Source of the DNA: a virus
Direction: 5' to 3' (one strand)
Virus genome (UHGV): UHGV-0039337
Length of the DNA: 64,000 bases
The translations under genes were made by a program, and so were the position numbers. The notes below the pieces were generated by a model. It was not told the origin of the DNA, did no database searches, and saw only the letters and a list, made by a program, of their open reading frames with translations. Positions 1 through 10,509 of this stretch are shown in pieces (the stretch's first letter is position 1; every line of letters starts with the position of its first letter).

Positions 1-15
1 TTTTTTCTACTTTCA

Positions 16-645
16 TTATTTGATTCCCCCTAGTTTAGCTTTTGCTTCTTTTAATCTATGACAATCATCTAAATCTTGATGTTTAAATTCAAATCCTTTA
101 TAATATTTAGCAACTCTAAATACTCTTATTGTATTATTGTTTATATAAGCTCTTTTGCTTATATATTTGTAAGCTTTTTCTTCTGAATCGTATAATCTAG
201 TACATACAAATTTATTATCTTTATTGCTTAATGCAAATGCTATATAGCCTACAACTTCTTTATGAGATCTTTGTTTATATAAATGCATATCTTCTTTATG
301 CACTTTATTTAGAGTTTTTAATGCATTATCTAAACCAAATGCATTTGCTACATTTCCTTCAATATCTTCTATTAAAAATACTCCATCATATTGATTAGTA
401 GTTTTTTCTTTATTAACTATTACAGTTCTTATACCTTCTTTATTAAGTTTTCTTTGTTCTGTTAATGCTTTCTTTTCTGTACTATAAGTTCCATGTCTTT
501 CTAACTTTTTAGTTTTATTATTCTTAACGAAAATCATATATTCTCTATTAGTTACAATCTTTTTAAGAGCGTCAGCTTTAACTGGTACACAGTATTCTAT
601 TTCTATAACATTTTCTTTTCTTTCTGGTTTAAATATTTTATTCAT
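16..645 (-). CDS. hypothetical protein (209 aa)
   Basis: Long ORF on the dominant coding strand, AT-rich codon usage like its neighbours; no motif I can assign. Confidence 0.5.
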   Translation of the reverse strand: MNKIFKPERKENVIEIEYCVPVKADALKKIVTNREYMIFVKNNKTKKLERHGTYSTEKKALTEQRKLNKEGIRTVIVNKEKTTNQYDGVFLIEDIEGNVANAFGLDNALKTLNKVHKEDMHLYKQRSHKEVVGYIAFALSNKDNKFVCTRLYDSEEKAYKYISKRAYINNNTIRVFRVAKYYKGFEFKHQDLDDCHRLKEAKAKLGGIK

Positions 646-751
646 ATCTTTTCTCTCCCTTATTTTTAATATTTTTTTAACTCCATACTCATTTTATTAA
701 TTAGATATGCCGTATTTTCATATTTTAACCTCCATAAAAAAAGGTGGGGTT

Positions 752-1174
752 TTAACCCACCTTAATTCTTTTATTATAATACAATCTTAATCTGTTTAAA
801 TAATAAGTATATTCTTCACATTTACTATTCATTCTATATTGATTGATTATATATAAGTCTATTTTGTTTCTGTTACAGATTGATACTATTTTTTGTACTT
901 CTGATATTACTTTATCAGTATTGTGTTCTTTGTTAGTAAGCATAGGTAAAGAATCTATTATAATAATATCTATAGATCCTGCTAACCTATTTGCTGCATC
1001 TTTAATAATTGATACATCATTACTATTAAGTATATACAAACTAGAATCTATTATATTGTCTTGTAGTTGAAAGTCTGCATTAACGTATAGGCACAATTTA
1101 TTTTCTTTTTGTATTTTGTTTAAGATATAGCTACTTTTACCAACATCAGGATTACCGTATATTTCATATATCAT
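752..1174 (-). CDS. P-loop NTPase, RecA/KaiC-like small ATPase
   Basis: Walker A GNPDVGKSS near the N-terminus and a hydrophobic-D Walker B (IDIIIIDSL); size and layout resemble phage Sak4/RecA-like ATPases. Confidence 0.6.
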   Translation of the reverse strand: MIYEIYGNPDVGKSSYILNKIQKENKLCLYVNADFQLQDNIIDSSLYILNSNDVSIIKDAANRLAGSIDIIIIDSLPMLTNKEHNTDKVISEVQKIVSICNRNKIDLYIINQYRMNSKCEEYTYYLNRLRLYYNKRIKVG

Positions 1175-1347
1175 TTATCTATTATTATATCCTGGAAAAT
1201 TTGATGGTCCTATTATGCCACCTCTGGCTCCTGGTTGCAATGTTTCTTTACTTTGTGTTTTTGCTAATTTAGTATTAGTTTTTTTGGTAGTAGCTTTCTT
1301 CTTTGTTTTAGTTTTACTTTTTTTAGATTTTGCCATAATAACATCTC

Positions 1348-1614
1348 CTATACGTATGATTCATCATCTTTATGTTTATCATAATATTCATCATATTCAG
1401 ATATATACTTTAATGTTCCTGTATTATAATTGCTTAAAGCATATAGTTTATTGTCTGCGCTATATTTTAATATATATACATTTCCATTTTCTGCTTCACC
1501 TACAACTTCTGATTCTCTTAATAGTCTTTGACATTCCACTACTTCTTCTGTTAATTCAATAGAACCATTGTTATATTGTTCTACTAACTCAAGCACTTCT
1601 TTTAAAGATTTCAT
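1348..1614 (-). CDS. hypothetical protein (88 aa)
   Basis: ORF on the coding strand of the block. Confidence 0.4.
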   Translation of the reverse strand: MKSLKEVLELVEQYNNGSIELTEEVVECQRLLRESEVVGEAENGNVYILKYSADNKLYALSNYNTGTLKYISEYDEYYDKHKDDESYV

Positions 1615-1767
1615 ACTTATCTCTCCTTTAATAAAATATTTTTTATTTACTGTACATTATGTACATTACTAATATATATTATATTCAAAAGATAAGCTTA
1701 ATCTTTTTAATTTTCCTTTCATTATTTTTTAATATTTATTTTTTACTCAATCTCCTTATTTTATGAG

Positions 1768-1806
1768 TCCCTACGGTGATCGACTAAACCGTAGGGATTT
1801 TTATTT
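1768..1806. terminator. stem-loop followed by a T-run (terminator-like)
   Basis: TCCCTACGG-12 nt-CCGTAGGGA perfect 9-bp stem followed by TTTTTATTT, just downstream of the AAA ATPase gene. Confidence 0.4.
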
Positions 1807-1857
1807 GTCCATAATAATCACCACCATAAAAAAAATAAGCTGATAAATTATATCAGC

Positions 1858-3012
1858 TTATAGAAAACCAATTGGTTTTGTTTCTTTATCTTTTTTATTT
1901 AGCATTTTATTTAATGTATGTGTTATATGCTCATAGTTAGTTTTTTTAGCTCCATGATCTACTGCATATATACCAGCATGATTACAACAAGCAGCTATAA
2001 ATGCTCCTGTTTTTTCTTCTGTTTGTTCTGCTAATGCTAAATAATCTATATCATCTTCATGTTTTAATTTTCCTACGTATAATTCAAATAATTTAATTCT
2101 TGATTCATAATTAGGAAGTGGTATATTTATTATTTTATCTATACGTCCTTCTCTTATTAATGCAGGATCTAATTGTTCTTTTATATTAGTAGCACATATT
2201 ACTATTATATTTTTTTCTGATGCAGTTGCCATACAATCAAGTAATTTATTTAATGCTGCTCTATATTCTTTATTTTCATCACTACTACTTCTTTGTACTC
2301 CTATGGCATCTATTTCATCTATAAATAAAACACCTCCACCTTCTTTGGCTAGGTCATCAAATTCTTTACCTATACGTTTAGCACTATCGCCTACATATTT
2401 TTGTATTAAATCTGATGCTACTATGCCTTTATAATTCATATTAGTTTCATTTGCTATTGTTTTAGCTATTAGCGTTTTACCAGTACCTGGGCTTCCTTCT
2501 AATAATATACCAGCTGGTACGTCTACTCCCATTTCTAAATATTCGTCCATTCTTTTTACAAAGTTTATAGTGCTTAGTATATCTTCTTTTGTATCTTCTT
2601 CTAATATTACATTTTCAAGTTTACATTCTTGTATTTCTTTAGGTCCTTCTTTAGCTTTTTTTCTAGCTATTATTTCTTGCCATTTTTCATAAGCTCTAGG
2701 ATATGTTTCAAAATGTGATACTATTACTCTCTTATTTGAGTCGTATTTGAAACTTAGTATTTGTCGTGTTAATCCCATACAACAATTTACTATTCTTATT
2801 TTTTCTAGATTACTCATTTCATCTTTATTGGTGAAACTGTTTGCTGTTAGATTATTAGACATTACTACATAATCTGTTATAATAACGTCTTCTGTACTTT
2901 CTTCACTTAATACATATAAATTCATTGTCATTTGTTCAAAATTGACTGCTAACTCATATAATAAGCCATCTACCAAATAATACTTAGTCCTTCTATTTTC
3001 TTTATCTTCCAA
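1858..3012 (-). CDS. AAA+ family ATPase (FtsH/Cdc48-type AAA domain)
   Basis: Walker A GSPGTGKT, Walker B LFIDEIDA, second region of homology, and arginine-finger region ALIREGRIDKII. Matches classical AAA across about 200 aa. Confidence 0.85.
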   Translation of the reverse strand: MEDKENRRTKYYLVDGLLYELAVNFEQMTMNLYVLSEESTEDVIITDYVVMSNNLTANSFTNKDEMSNLEKIRIVNCCMGLTRQILSFKYDSNKRVIVSHFETYPRAYEKWQEIIARKKAKEGPKEIQECKLENVILEEDTKEDILSTINFVKRMDEYLEMGVDVPAGILLEGSPGTGKTLIAKTIANETNMNYKGIVASDLIQKYVGDSAKRIGKEFDDLAKEGGGVLFIDEIDAIGVQRSSSDENKEYRAALNKLLDCMATASEKNIIVICATNIKEQLDPALIREGRIDKIINIPLPNYESRIKLFELYVGKLKHEDDIDYLALAEQTEEKTGAFIAACCNHAGIYAVDHGAKKTNYEHITHTLNKMLNKKDKETKPIGFL

Positions 3013-3029
3013 TTTTACACCAACTCCTA

Positions 3030-3236
3030 TTATCTTTTTTCTATAGTAACAATAATATTACTATTATCTAATAATGTTAAAGTAACATTATTGTTTTCTG
3101 AATATTTGAAATATTTTACATTCTTATTATAAGTAAGTTGATTGAAGCTATTAACACTTATTTTATTATCATATGCTAATAGCTCTCTAATCATTGTAGT
3201 ACTTAATTCAGTATAATTAACATTTTCTGTATTCAT
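3030..3236 (-). CDS. hypothetical protein (68 aa)
   Basis: ORF on the coding strand. Confidence 0.35.
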   Translation of the reverse strand: MNTENVNYTELSTTMIRELLAYDNKISVNSFNQLTYNKNVKYFKYSENNNVTLTLLDNSNIIVTIEKR

Positions 3237-3249
3237 ACATACACCACCT

Positions 3250-3903
3250 TTAATCTAATTCTAATCCTGTATTATCGAGCATTTCATGGAGAAATTTTGC
3301 TATATCTTTTAAAGATTCTCCATCATTTAATAGTTCTATAGCTTCATCAGCTAATTGTCTCATTTGTTCGTCATAATCATGTAGTTCATTAATGTTAGTT
3401 TTAACGACTATAAATTTAGTAGCTAGATGTTTTTGATAGTAATATACTTGCAATATACGCATATTATCTTTTAATATAGGGATAAGCTTGTTTTTAACAT
3501 TCGTACAAGCTGCATAAGCTATTTCTTCATCTCCAGCTAAAAATATATCATGACTATCAGAAGATAAATGATAGGAATACTCTTTTTTTAATTGGTCATA
3601 TGATATATTCATATCTATAGTTTTGCAATAAAGAATATCCTTTTCTTTTGGTGGATTATATTGTTTATAGATATTTTCATTATTAAAGCTTTCTATAGTT
3701 ATTATACTGTAAGTATTGTCGTCGTCATCATCTTCGTCATCGCTTCTATTTCTTTCTAAATCTGCTTTATGAATCCATGCTGCAGTTTTTAAAGCATCTT
3801 CATAATCTTTAGTTATATAAACTATCTCTTCATTATCGTCAAAGTCGAAGTCGTCTATATATGGATAGTATCTTCTTAATATATAATATTCGCTATTATT
3901 CAT
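3250..3903 (-). CDS. hypothetical protein with an acidic D/E tract
   Basis: 217-aa ORF; DDEDDDDD run. Confidence 0.5.
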   Translation of the reverse strand: MNNSEYYILRRYYPYIDDFDFDDNEEIVYITKDYEDALKTAAWIHKADLERNRSDDEDDDDDNTYSIITIESFNNENIYKQYNPPKEKDILYCKTIDMNISYDQLKKEYSYHLSSDSHDIFLAGDEEIAYAACTNVKNKLIPILKDNMRILQVYYYQKHLATKFIVVKTNINELHDYDEQMRQLADEAIELLNDGESLKDIAKFLHEMLDNTGLELD

Positions 3904-4222
3904 TATTCTCTTCTTCCTTTTTTTGTTTTTTAACTATTTCTTCGGCTACTTTATTTATTGTATTGGCTACTATTTCATTATCTATTACACACATTAATAT
4001 TATTGCTAAGGAAAACATTAAATTAAATACTGGCATAAATAAGCATGCAGCTATTGATATTATAATATCTTTTTTTGAGCTTTGTTTAATTTGTAATATA
4101 GTAAAAATATCTAATTTATCTAATAGTGATTTTACTTTAAAAACATATAAAGCCATACACACTATAGATAACATTATTGAAAGTGTATAAAAATTTAATA
4201 AAAAAGTTATAATTGTCTGCAT
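3896..4222 (-). CDS. small membrane protein (2 TM, charged C-tail)
   Basis: Two hydrophobic helices and a KKQKKEEENNE tail; holin-like topology but not next to a lysin. Confidence 0.4.
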   Translation of the reverse strand: MQTIITFLLNFYTLSIMLSIVCMALYVFKVKSLLDKLDIFTILQIKQSSKKDIIISIAACLFMPVFNLMFSLAIILMCVIDNEIVANTINKVAEEIVKKQKKEEENNE

Positions 4223-4256
4223 AAAAATTACTCCTTTATAATTTTGTATTAAAATA

Positions 4257-4282
4257 GGGAGTCCGTAGACTCCCTTTATATT
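4257..4282. terminator. GC hairpin GGGAGTC-CGTA-GACTCCC flanked by T/A runs (bidirectional terminator candidate)
   Basis: Perfect 7-bp GC stem in AT-rich context, T-rich on both sides. Confidence 0.45.
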
Positions 4283-4706
4283 AACAGATAGCTTTTCATT
4301 AAGTTATATCTTCAAACAATTTATAATAAATAGAATAAATCTATCAATTGTTCTGTTTTTAATTAGTTTTCAACTAATAATCCAATATTATATGGCGCTG
4401 ATCGTTTCGTATTTCGTGTTTTTGTATTATAGAATTATCGTACTATAGAATTAATGTAAGTAAGAGTGTCGGTTAGCGCTTCGCTTACTGCTTATCGTAT
4501 GTGGTAGCCATACAGGCTCTTTGATTTATTATATATATGTAAACTTACATATTCATAATCATCCATACCTAGGACAAAGGCAGTATTGTTTTATATATTA
4601 TAGCGTATAATTTAATACATCTATATAATATAAATTTGTAGTTATACTTCACTACGAGAAGCGTTTGACAGATATAATTAATGAAAAGCTAATACTGGCT
4701 AATATG

Positions 4707-5315
4707 CTATTCTAATTCTAACATGTCTTCTAATGTATCAGATATGTTCCATTTAGGTGTAAATATTACTTCTTTATTTATTTGGGTTTTATCTATTAAT
4801 GTACTCATTTCTTCGCATTCGTTCTTTATTGCTTTATATATACGTTTTATTTTATTTCTATCATAGTTTATTGTAGTTACTTCTTTAACTGTATAGTAAA
4901 AAGGTACTTGATTTCCTTCATTGTTTATCATGTATGCTGTTTCTCGTTTTTCTTTTTCTTTTGCTTTAAGATCTATTAATCTTTTTAATATTACAGCTTG
5001 TTTCTGTTTTGCTTTATTCATACTAATAGCATGATCTATGTTTATTTCTGCTTTATTTTTTGCCTCATATATTGCTTTGCTCAATTCAGCTTTTTCTTGC
5101 ATTACTTTATCCATAAAATCTATAAGTTCTATTGCTGTATATTCTAAGTCAGGTTTTATTTCTTTTTCTTCATCAGTGAAAACAGGATTAACTGCTGCTT
5201 TTAAATGTGTTTCTTTAATAGTTACTACGTTTTTTGTATCACGTAATATCCATTCTATTTGTTCCAATTTTTCATCTAGAAAATTCATGTATTGAAAACT
5301 TTCTCTTAGATTCAT
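4707..5315 (-). CDS. hypothetical coiled-coil protein (202 aa)
   Basis: ORF; K/E-rich heptad-like segments. Confidence 0.5.
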   Translation of the reverse strand: MNLRESFQYMNFLDEKLEQIEWILRDTKNVVTIKETHLKAAVNPVFTDEEKEIKPDLEYTAIELIDFMDKVMQEKAELSKAIYEAKNKAEINIDHAISMNKAKQKQAVILKRLIDLKAKEKEKRETAYMINNEGNQVPFYYTVKEVTTINYDRNKIKRIYKAIKNECEEMSTLIDKTQINKEVIFTPKWNISDTLEDMLELE

Positions 5316-5387
5316 TACACATCACTCCTTAGCATTTATATTATATATCTATTATCTTACATAATTGCATATCATTAATAGCAATTC

Positions 5388-5588
5388 TTATTTTCTTATT
5401 ATTTTTACTTTTCTTGATAATATCTCATATTCTTTTCCGTTAATAGTAACTATGTCATGTTTATTGTAAACTAACATATGTTTACGTATTAAACGTTTTT
5501 TATTAAATTCTTCTATTTCACATGCTATTACCGATATAATTATAATTAATAATGTTAGTGCACCTATTATAGCACAAAAATTATACAA
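5388..5588 (-). CDS. small membrane protein (66 aa)
   Basis: Single TM segment. Confidence 0.35.
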   Translation of the reverse strand: MYNFCAIIGALTLLIIIISVIACEIEEFNKKRLIRKHMLVYNKHDIVTINGKEYEILSRKVKIIRK

Positions 5589-5608
5589 TATTTAAAGCAC
5601 CTCCATAT

Positions 5609-5899
5609 CTAAATTTCTTTAAATTCTATTTTGTCTCCATCAATGAATTCTACACTATAATGTTTAGTATTAGACGATTGAGTTCTTTCTTGTACTACTT
5701 TATATATTATATCATATTCTTTTCTTTCTATATCATCTAATAGTTTTTTAAACTCTTTATACATTATGTTATTTAAATTTATATTGTCTAAATTTAATGG
5801 ACATCTTGCTTCCAATTCATCCAAATTATTACAATCATATCTTTCATATAAATATTCTAATATACTCATAAAAACACTCTCCTTATAAAAATACATCAT
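5609..5899 (-). CDS. hypothetical protein (96 aa)
   Basis: ORF. Confidence 0.4.
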   Translation of the reverse strand: MMYFYKESVFMSILEYLYERYDCNNLDELEARCPLNLDNINLNNIMYKEFKKLLDDIERKEYDIIYKVVQERTQSSNTKHYSVEFIDGDKIEFKEI

Positions 5900-6416
5900 A
5901 ATTATAATATAATTCTTCTATTCCATTTATATAGAACTTTATAGTATTGAAATCTATAGGTGTAAAATTATGACAATCAGCACCTACATTTAGTCCATAT
6001 TTCTTTACCATACATAACTTATGTATGTGTCCAAATAAGTTTATAATGTTACTTTCTGTTAGATGTCTTTTATCTTTTATTTTGTGAGGTTCATGCTGCA
6101 TAGTTACAATATTATTATTATATTTAATAGAATATGAGCCTCTATGCACTTCGTTGAATCCATAAGCTAATAATTCTTCATCTGTTAATCTATCTTCATA
6201 ATTGCCACATATTAATATTATTTTGCCATTTAAATGTTTACGTAAATTGTAATCTCCAAAATCACCTAAATGGAATACAATATCATCTGGCTTTACTGTT
6301 TCGTTCCATTTATTAATCATGTCTTTTGTCATTTCTTCTACTGAATTGTAAGGTCTTTTAGATAATACTCTCGTACGTTCTTGCCCGAAAGTGAGTATCT
6401 GATATAAAAAAGACAC
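5883..6416 (-). CDS. calcineurin-like metallophosphoesterase
   Basis: Ordered motifs GDFGD, GNYED (the GNHE position) and GHIH, typical of the MPP superfamily. Confidence 0.75.
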   Translation of the reverse strand: MSFLYQILTFGQERTRVLSKRPYNSVEEMTKDMINKWNETVKPDDIVFHLGDFGDYNLRKHLNGKIILICGNYEDRLTDEELLAYGFNEVHRGSYSIKYNNNIVTMQHEPHKIKDKRHLTESNIINLFGHIHKLCMVKKYGLNVGADCHNFTPIDFNTIKFYINGIEELYYNYDVFL

Positions 6417-6424
6417 TCATAGCA

Positions 6425-7090
6425 TCACTCTCCTATAAATTTTATAGAATTATTGTTTACTAACATACCTTCACTATCTGATAGGGCTACTAACATTATA
6501 TCTTTATTACTTATAGACATTTCTTCAACTATTTCATCTGTAATACGCTGAAATACTTCATGATGTTTGTCATAATCATCATGATAATGTACTATAAGTC
6601 TTAAGTTTTTTATTAGTCCTAATCCATTATATATTTCGTAATAGTCATAATCTTTATCTATATATGGTGTTACGTTATATTGATCTAATTGAATTAAAGC
6701 TCCGGCAGATACTCCTATTATATGCTTATCATATATCTTTAGTAAGTTCCATACTTCAAATTGTTTAAGTATATATTCTAATACTGACATATGTCCACCT
6801 GCTAAAAATATTATATCACAATTATGTAGCCTGCTTTTAATAGTATCTTTATCATCTTGAGGTTTTACTATATAGAAATGATCTTCTGTTATGCTTAAAT
6901 CTTTAAATGGTTCATATTGTTCTTTATAATATCTACCACCTTGAGATAATTCTTTAGTATTTTCTATTTGCCACTCATAATCAGAACCACTAAAGCATAA
7001 TACTTTAGAATTTGAAGTCATTATCTTTTGCATTTCTTTCTTTGCTATTAAATTAAAGTTATTGTTTGAAAAGAGGTATAACAATTTCAT
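6425..7090 (-). CDS. peptidase S51-like (dipeptidase E / cyanophycinase family) protein
   Basis: GVSAGA nucleophile-elbow motif, and LAGG upstream in the arrangement seen in S51/class-I GATase-like folds. Confidence 0.5.
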   Translation of the reverse strand: MKLLYLFSNNNFNLIAKKEMQKIMTSNSKVLCFSGSDYEWQIENTKELSQGGRYYKEQYEPFKDLSITEDHFYIVKPQDDKDTIKSRLHNCDIIFLAGGHMSVLEYILKQFEVWNLLKIYDKHIIGVSAGALIQLDQYNVTPYIDKDYDYYEIYNGLGLIKNLRLIVHYHDDYDKHHEVFQRITDEIVEEMSISNKDIMLVALSDSEGMLVNNNSIKFIGE

Positions 7091-7279
7091 TTTTCTCCTT
7101 TAAATATATCAGTAATTCTATCCAATGTAATACCAATAGTCATACATATGGCTATTATATTTAATTGTGTACTATCATTGAATTGCATAACAAACTTAGT
7201 ATTAAATAATAGATAGAAACTAATTAATAGTATAATAGTTTGCTTAATAAGCTTTTTTATTTTGTCAATATTTCACTTC

Positions 7280-7621
7280 CTATTCTTTATCTTTCTTTTT
7301 TATTATATCTTTTTGCTTACGATATTTACATAAATTTAAATATTCTTGTATTTCTTCTCTTGTTTGTATTTCATCTGGAAATCTAAAGTCTGGATCATGT
7401 CTACGTTTGTTTCTTGTACTTAAGCATCTATAACATTCATTGCTTAAACCATCATAACGATCTTTCTTTTTATTGAATTCTGTTAATTCTTTATATTCTC
7501 TACATCTACTACATTTCTTTTTTTCTATTCCGTCTTCAAATATATGATTTATTCTTTTTTTTGCCATGTTAACATCACTCCTTGTAATATTATTACCAAG
7601 TGATGTCTTATAAAATATCAT
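7280..7621 (-). CDS. zinc-ribbon protein
   Basis: CSRC...CYRC cysteine pairs, basic C-terminus. Confidence 0.45.
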   Translation of the reverse strand: MIFYKTSLGNNITRSDVNMAKKRINHIFEDGIEKKKCSRCREYKELTEFNKKKDRYDGLSNECYRCLSTRNKRRHDPDFRFPDEIQTREEIQEYLNLCKYRKQKDIIKKKDKE

Positions 7622-7740
7622 TTAAAATTTTAAGAATTAAACATGCTAATACAAATAAGCCTATAAAAAAATACATATCTTCATCTCCTTTCTTTTATAA
7701 GGTATATATTATATTCAAATATTTAATGGGAGTGATATTA

Positions 7741-8415
7741 ATGAATGTTACAACGAAAACACATGCACTATATGGTAATGTAAGATTTATAAAAGATTAT
7801 GATGGTATATATAAACCAATAGCTGGTGATATATTAAATATTACAGGCAATAATACAATTGAAAAATATAATAATGAATCATTACTTGAAAAACGTGAAT
7901 TACATAGACTAATGGAATCTAGTACTGATAATATAGATTTATTTAAAGAATGGGTAAATAATAACTATAATAGATTAAATAATATTAGTAATAACAGAGC
8001 TTTAATATTTAAAAATGAATCTGAAATATTAAATACAATAACTCTTGATGATTTTGTTGCAATAGATATACATCCTTTTAGTTGTAATCAAATGTATTGT
8101 GCTAATAGAAATAAGATAGAAAGAACTAATCAGTACGATAATTGGTGGCGTAATTTTCCTGTTGAGAATCTTATAAAGTTTAAGGATATAAATTTTAATA
8201 AGCCAGTATTTGTTTGGTACTATTTCTTGCATCTTAAAAGTTATGATACAGAGAATCTATTAAAACCTACCAGTGATAGATTATGTGATTTCTTAGCTAC
8301 TGATGATAAATACTTTAAACATTTTAGAATTGATGGCGAATATGTTAATAAATATAACGAAGGAAAGATATACATATTTATATGCAATATAGAAGAAGCA
8401 GGACCATTTAATTAA
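7741..8415 (+). CDS. hypothetical protein (the only rightward gene in the left block)
   Basis: ATG at 7741 preceded by GGGAG 8 nt upstream; the track start at 7600 lacks an RBS and overlaps the neighbouring gene. Confidence 0.5.
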   Translation: MNVTTKTHALYGNVRFIKDYDGIYKPIAGDILNITGNNTIEKYNNESLLEKRELHRLMESSTDNIDLFKEWVNNNYNRLNNISNNRALIFKNESEILNTITLDDFVAIDIHPFSCNQMYCANRNKIERTNQYDNWWRNFPVENLIKFKDINFNKPVFVWYYFLHLKSYDTENLLKPTSDRLCDFLATDDKYFKHFRIDGEYVNKYNEGKIYIFICNIEEAGPFN

Positions 8416-8428
8416 TGGCCTGCTTTTA

Positions 8429-9121
8429 TTATGCATTAAATATTATTTCTATACGTTGTTTATATCCTAATTCTCTTAATAATTCAGTTATAGCTGTTTT
8501 AGTTCTTGATTTCAATATATTACTTTTATTCTTTAGGTTGTAATATTCTTTTATATATTCTAGTCCTTTCTTATCAAAAGTATCTTCCCATTGTCTTGTT
8601 GTTGTTTCTGCATCATTTTTATTTGACATTATATTAGCTGTACATTCATCGTCTAGTCTATAGAATGTATTGCTTACTCTATGACAACTTTCTTTATCAA
8701 GTCTTGGCTTGTCTATTGATATTTTAAGTTTATCTTTATTTGCTTCTATTATTTCATAAGATGATAAATTTACAACATAAGAATAATAAAAGTCTGCAGT
8801 ACCTGTTAATTGATAACGTGATTTAAGTCCTAGTATACTATCACGTTCATAATGATATGAATGTTTAATATTTATTGTACTATTAAGTATTTCGTATTTC
8901 TTTTCATTGTTAAATTTTTCTTTTATTGTTGATGTATCTATTGTCGTTTCGGTATAATTCTGTCGTTGTTCTGTTGCTTGTGTTTGTATATATAAGTCTC
9001 TTTTAAGATTGTTGATTTTATTATGTTGTCCTATAAAAATAGAAGTAAGTAAAATACTTACTCCTAATAGTATACCTATTACTATTTTACGTGCTTTACT
9101 ACTTATTCGTTGATTAAGCAT
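8429..9121 (-). CDS. membrane-anchored hypothetical protein
   Basis: N-terminal TM/signal anchor; 230 aa. Confidence 0.5.
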   Translation of the reverse strand: MLNQRISSKARKIVIGILLGVSILLTSIFIGQHNKINNLKRDLYIQTQATEQRQNYTETTIDTSTIKEKFNNEKKYEILNSTINIKHSYHYERDSILGLKSRYQLTGTADFYYSYVVNLSSYEIIEANKDKLKISIDKPRLDKESCHRVSNTFYRLDDECTANIMSNKNDAETTTRQWEDTFDKKGLEYIKEYYNLKNKSNILKSRTKTAITELLRELGYKQRIEIIFNA

Positions 9122-9853
9122 CTAATCACCTTCCTTAAGAATTTTATATATTTCGTCAGCTAATGCTTTACTTACTGACTTTATAACATTTCTACTTGTT
9201 ATAGCTTGTAAATCTCCGTCTATATCAGAGAAAAAGCCGAGTTCAGCAAGCACGGCTATAGTATCTGTACCTTTGAATTCATTTAATTCTCCGATATATG
9301 CTTTATTATTTCTTAAGTTAGGTGCGTTACTTCTTTGTCTTACTGGTGTTACATCTTTAATAGAATTTGATAATCTTTTAGCTATATTCATACTGACTGC
9401 ATCACTATTATTGTACATAAATAAATATCCGTTAGCTCCTGGACAATAGTTATGATGTATTGATAAATATATCTTAGGATTTTTAGCTTTTGCTATACGA
9501 CCAGCAGCATTTAAATCCTGTGCTTTAGATGTAGCAATTTGTAAATCAGCATCTATTCCTTTTTCTTTAAGATTTTTATAAACTTCCTTAGCTATTGCCA
9601 TATTAATGTCCCATTCATGAATGTAATAGCCAGTTTTATCTTTTCTGATTCTTAAATTAGTATTTATACAATCTCTCTCATTTAAGTATATTCTTTTACC
9701 AGGTTTAACAACTTCATTATATGGAGTTCCCCATTCTCCAGCTCTTATTACTACATCTGTGTCTGCAAATGAAGTTATAGGATTCAATAACATAGTTGCT
9801 ATTAATAAACCATACAAAACTTTTCTAAACTTTTTGATTAATATTCCTAACAT
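9122..9853 (-). CDS. N-acetylmuramoyl-L-alanine amidase (Amidase_3 / CwlD-like) with a signal peptide
   Basis: N-terminal signal sequence ending FA, SIHHN zinc-ligand region, C-terminal AELGFFSDIDGD resembling the Amidase_3 terminal motif. Confidence 0.65.
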   Translation of the reverse strand: MLGILIKKFRKVLYGLLIATMLLNPITSFADTDVVIRAGEWGTPYNEVVKPGKRIYLNERDCINTNLRIRKDKTGYYIHEWDINMAIAKEVYKNLKEKGIDADLQIATSKAQDLNAAGRIAKAKNPKIYLSIHHNYCPGANGYLFMYNNSDAVSMNIAKRLSNSIKDVTPVRQRSNAPNLRNNKAYIGELNEFKGTDTIAVLAELGFFSDIDGDLQAITSRNVIKSVSKALADEIYKILKEGD

Positions 9854-9946
9854 AAAATAATTCCCCCGAATTATTAACTCTCTTTATATTATTATCTTTA
9901 GTTTATTAAACATATTTAAGAGTAATTTACCATATTACTCTTATGC

Positions 9947-10222
9947 TTAGTCTTTAGTTTTATAATTTTTAATAAATGATTCTTTATCAATACGCTTAAT
10001 ATCGTATGATGAATATTTTTTATTTTTTTGTGTGCGTTCTGCTATTATTAATACTATCATTCCAATAAATCCAGTTATACTTGCTATTAGTATACATAGA
10101 AGCATAACTAGTATTTCTGAATATTGTGTTAATCCATATAAACAATGATACCAAAAGGAACTATTAATACTAATTATAATAGTTCCTATGGTGGTTCCTA
10201 TTAGAAAGCCGTAGTACTTCAT
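9947..10222 (-). CDS. small multi-TM membrane protein (holin candidate)
   Basis: 91 aa with 2-3 hydrophobic helices, immediately downstream of the amidase. Confidence 0.4.
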   Translation of the reverse strand: MKYYGFLIGTTIGTIIISINSSFWYHCLYGLTQYSEILVMLLCILIASITGFIGMIVLIIAERTQKNKKYSSYDIKRIDKESFIKNYKTKD

Positions 10223-10509
10223 ATTTCTTTATTCTCTATTTTCTTTGATCCTATGAAGTTGCAAAGATTAACATCGAGTTTTTCTTGGAACTTATTTAGT
10301 ATTTCTTTTGGATCTATGCTGTCACTAAATACATAACCATTAATTAAAAACACATTAAAGGTTTTATCTACAGCTACTTCTCCTATAAAATACAGATCTT
10401 CTTTTTGTATGAAATCAAAAAATAGATTGCCTACATTATCTTCATTTGATATATGACCATTTAATACTAGTACATCTCTTCTCATTTTATTCCTCCTTAA
10501 ATTTTGCAT
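10219..10509 (-). CDS. hypothetical protein (96 aa)
   Basis: ORF, overlapping stop/start with its neighbours. Confidence 0.4.
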   Translation of the reverse strand: MQNLRRNKMRRDVLVLNGHISNEDNVGNLFFDFIQKEDLYFIGEVAVDKTFNVFLINGYVFSDSIDPKEILNKFQEKLDVNLCNFIGSKKIENKEI

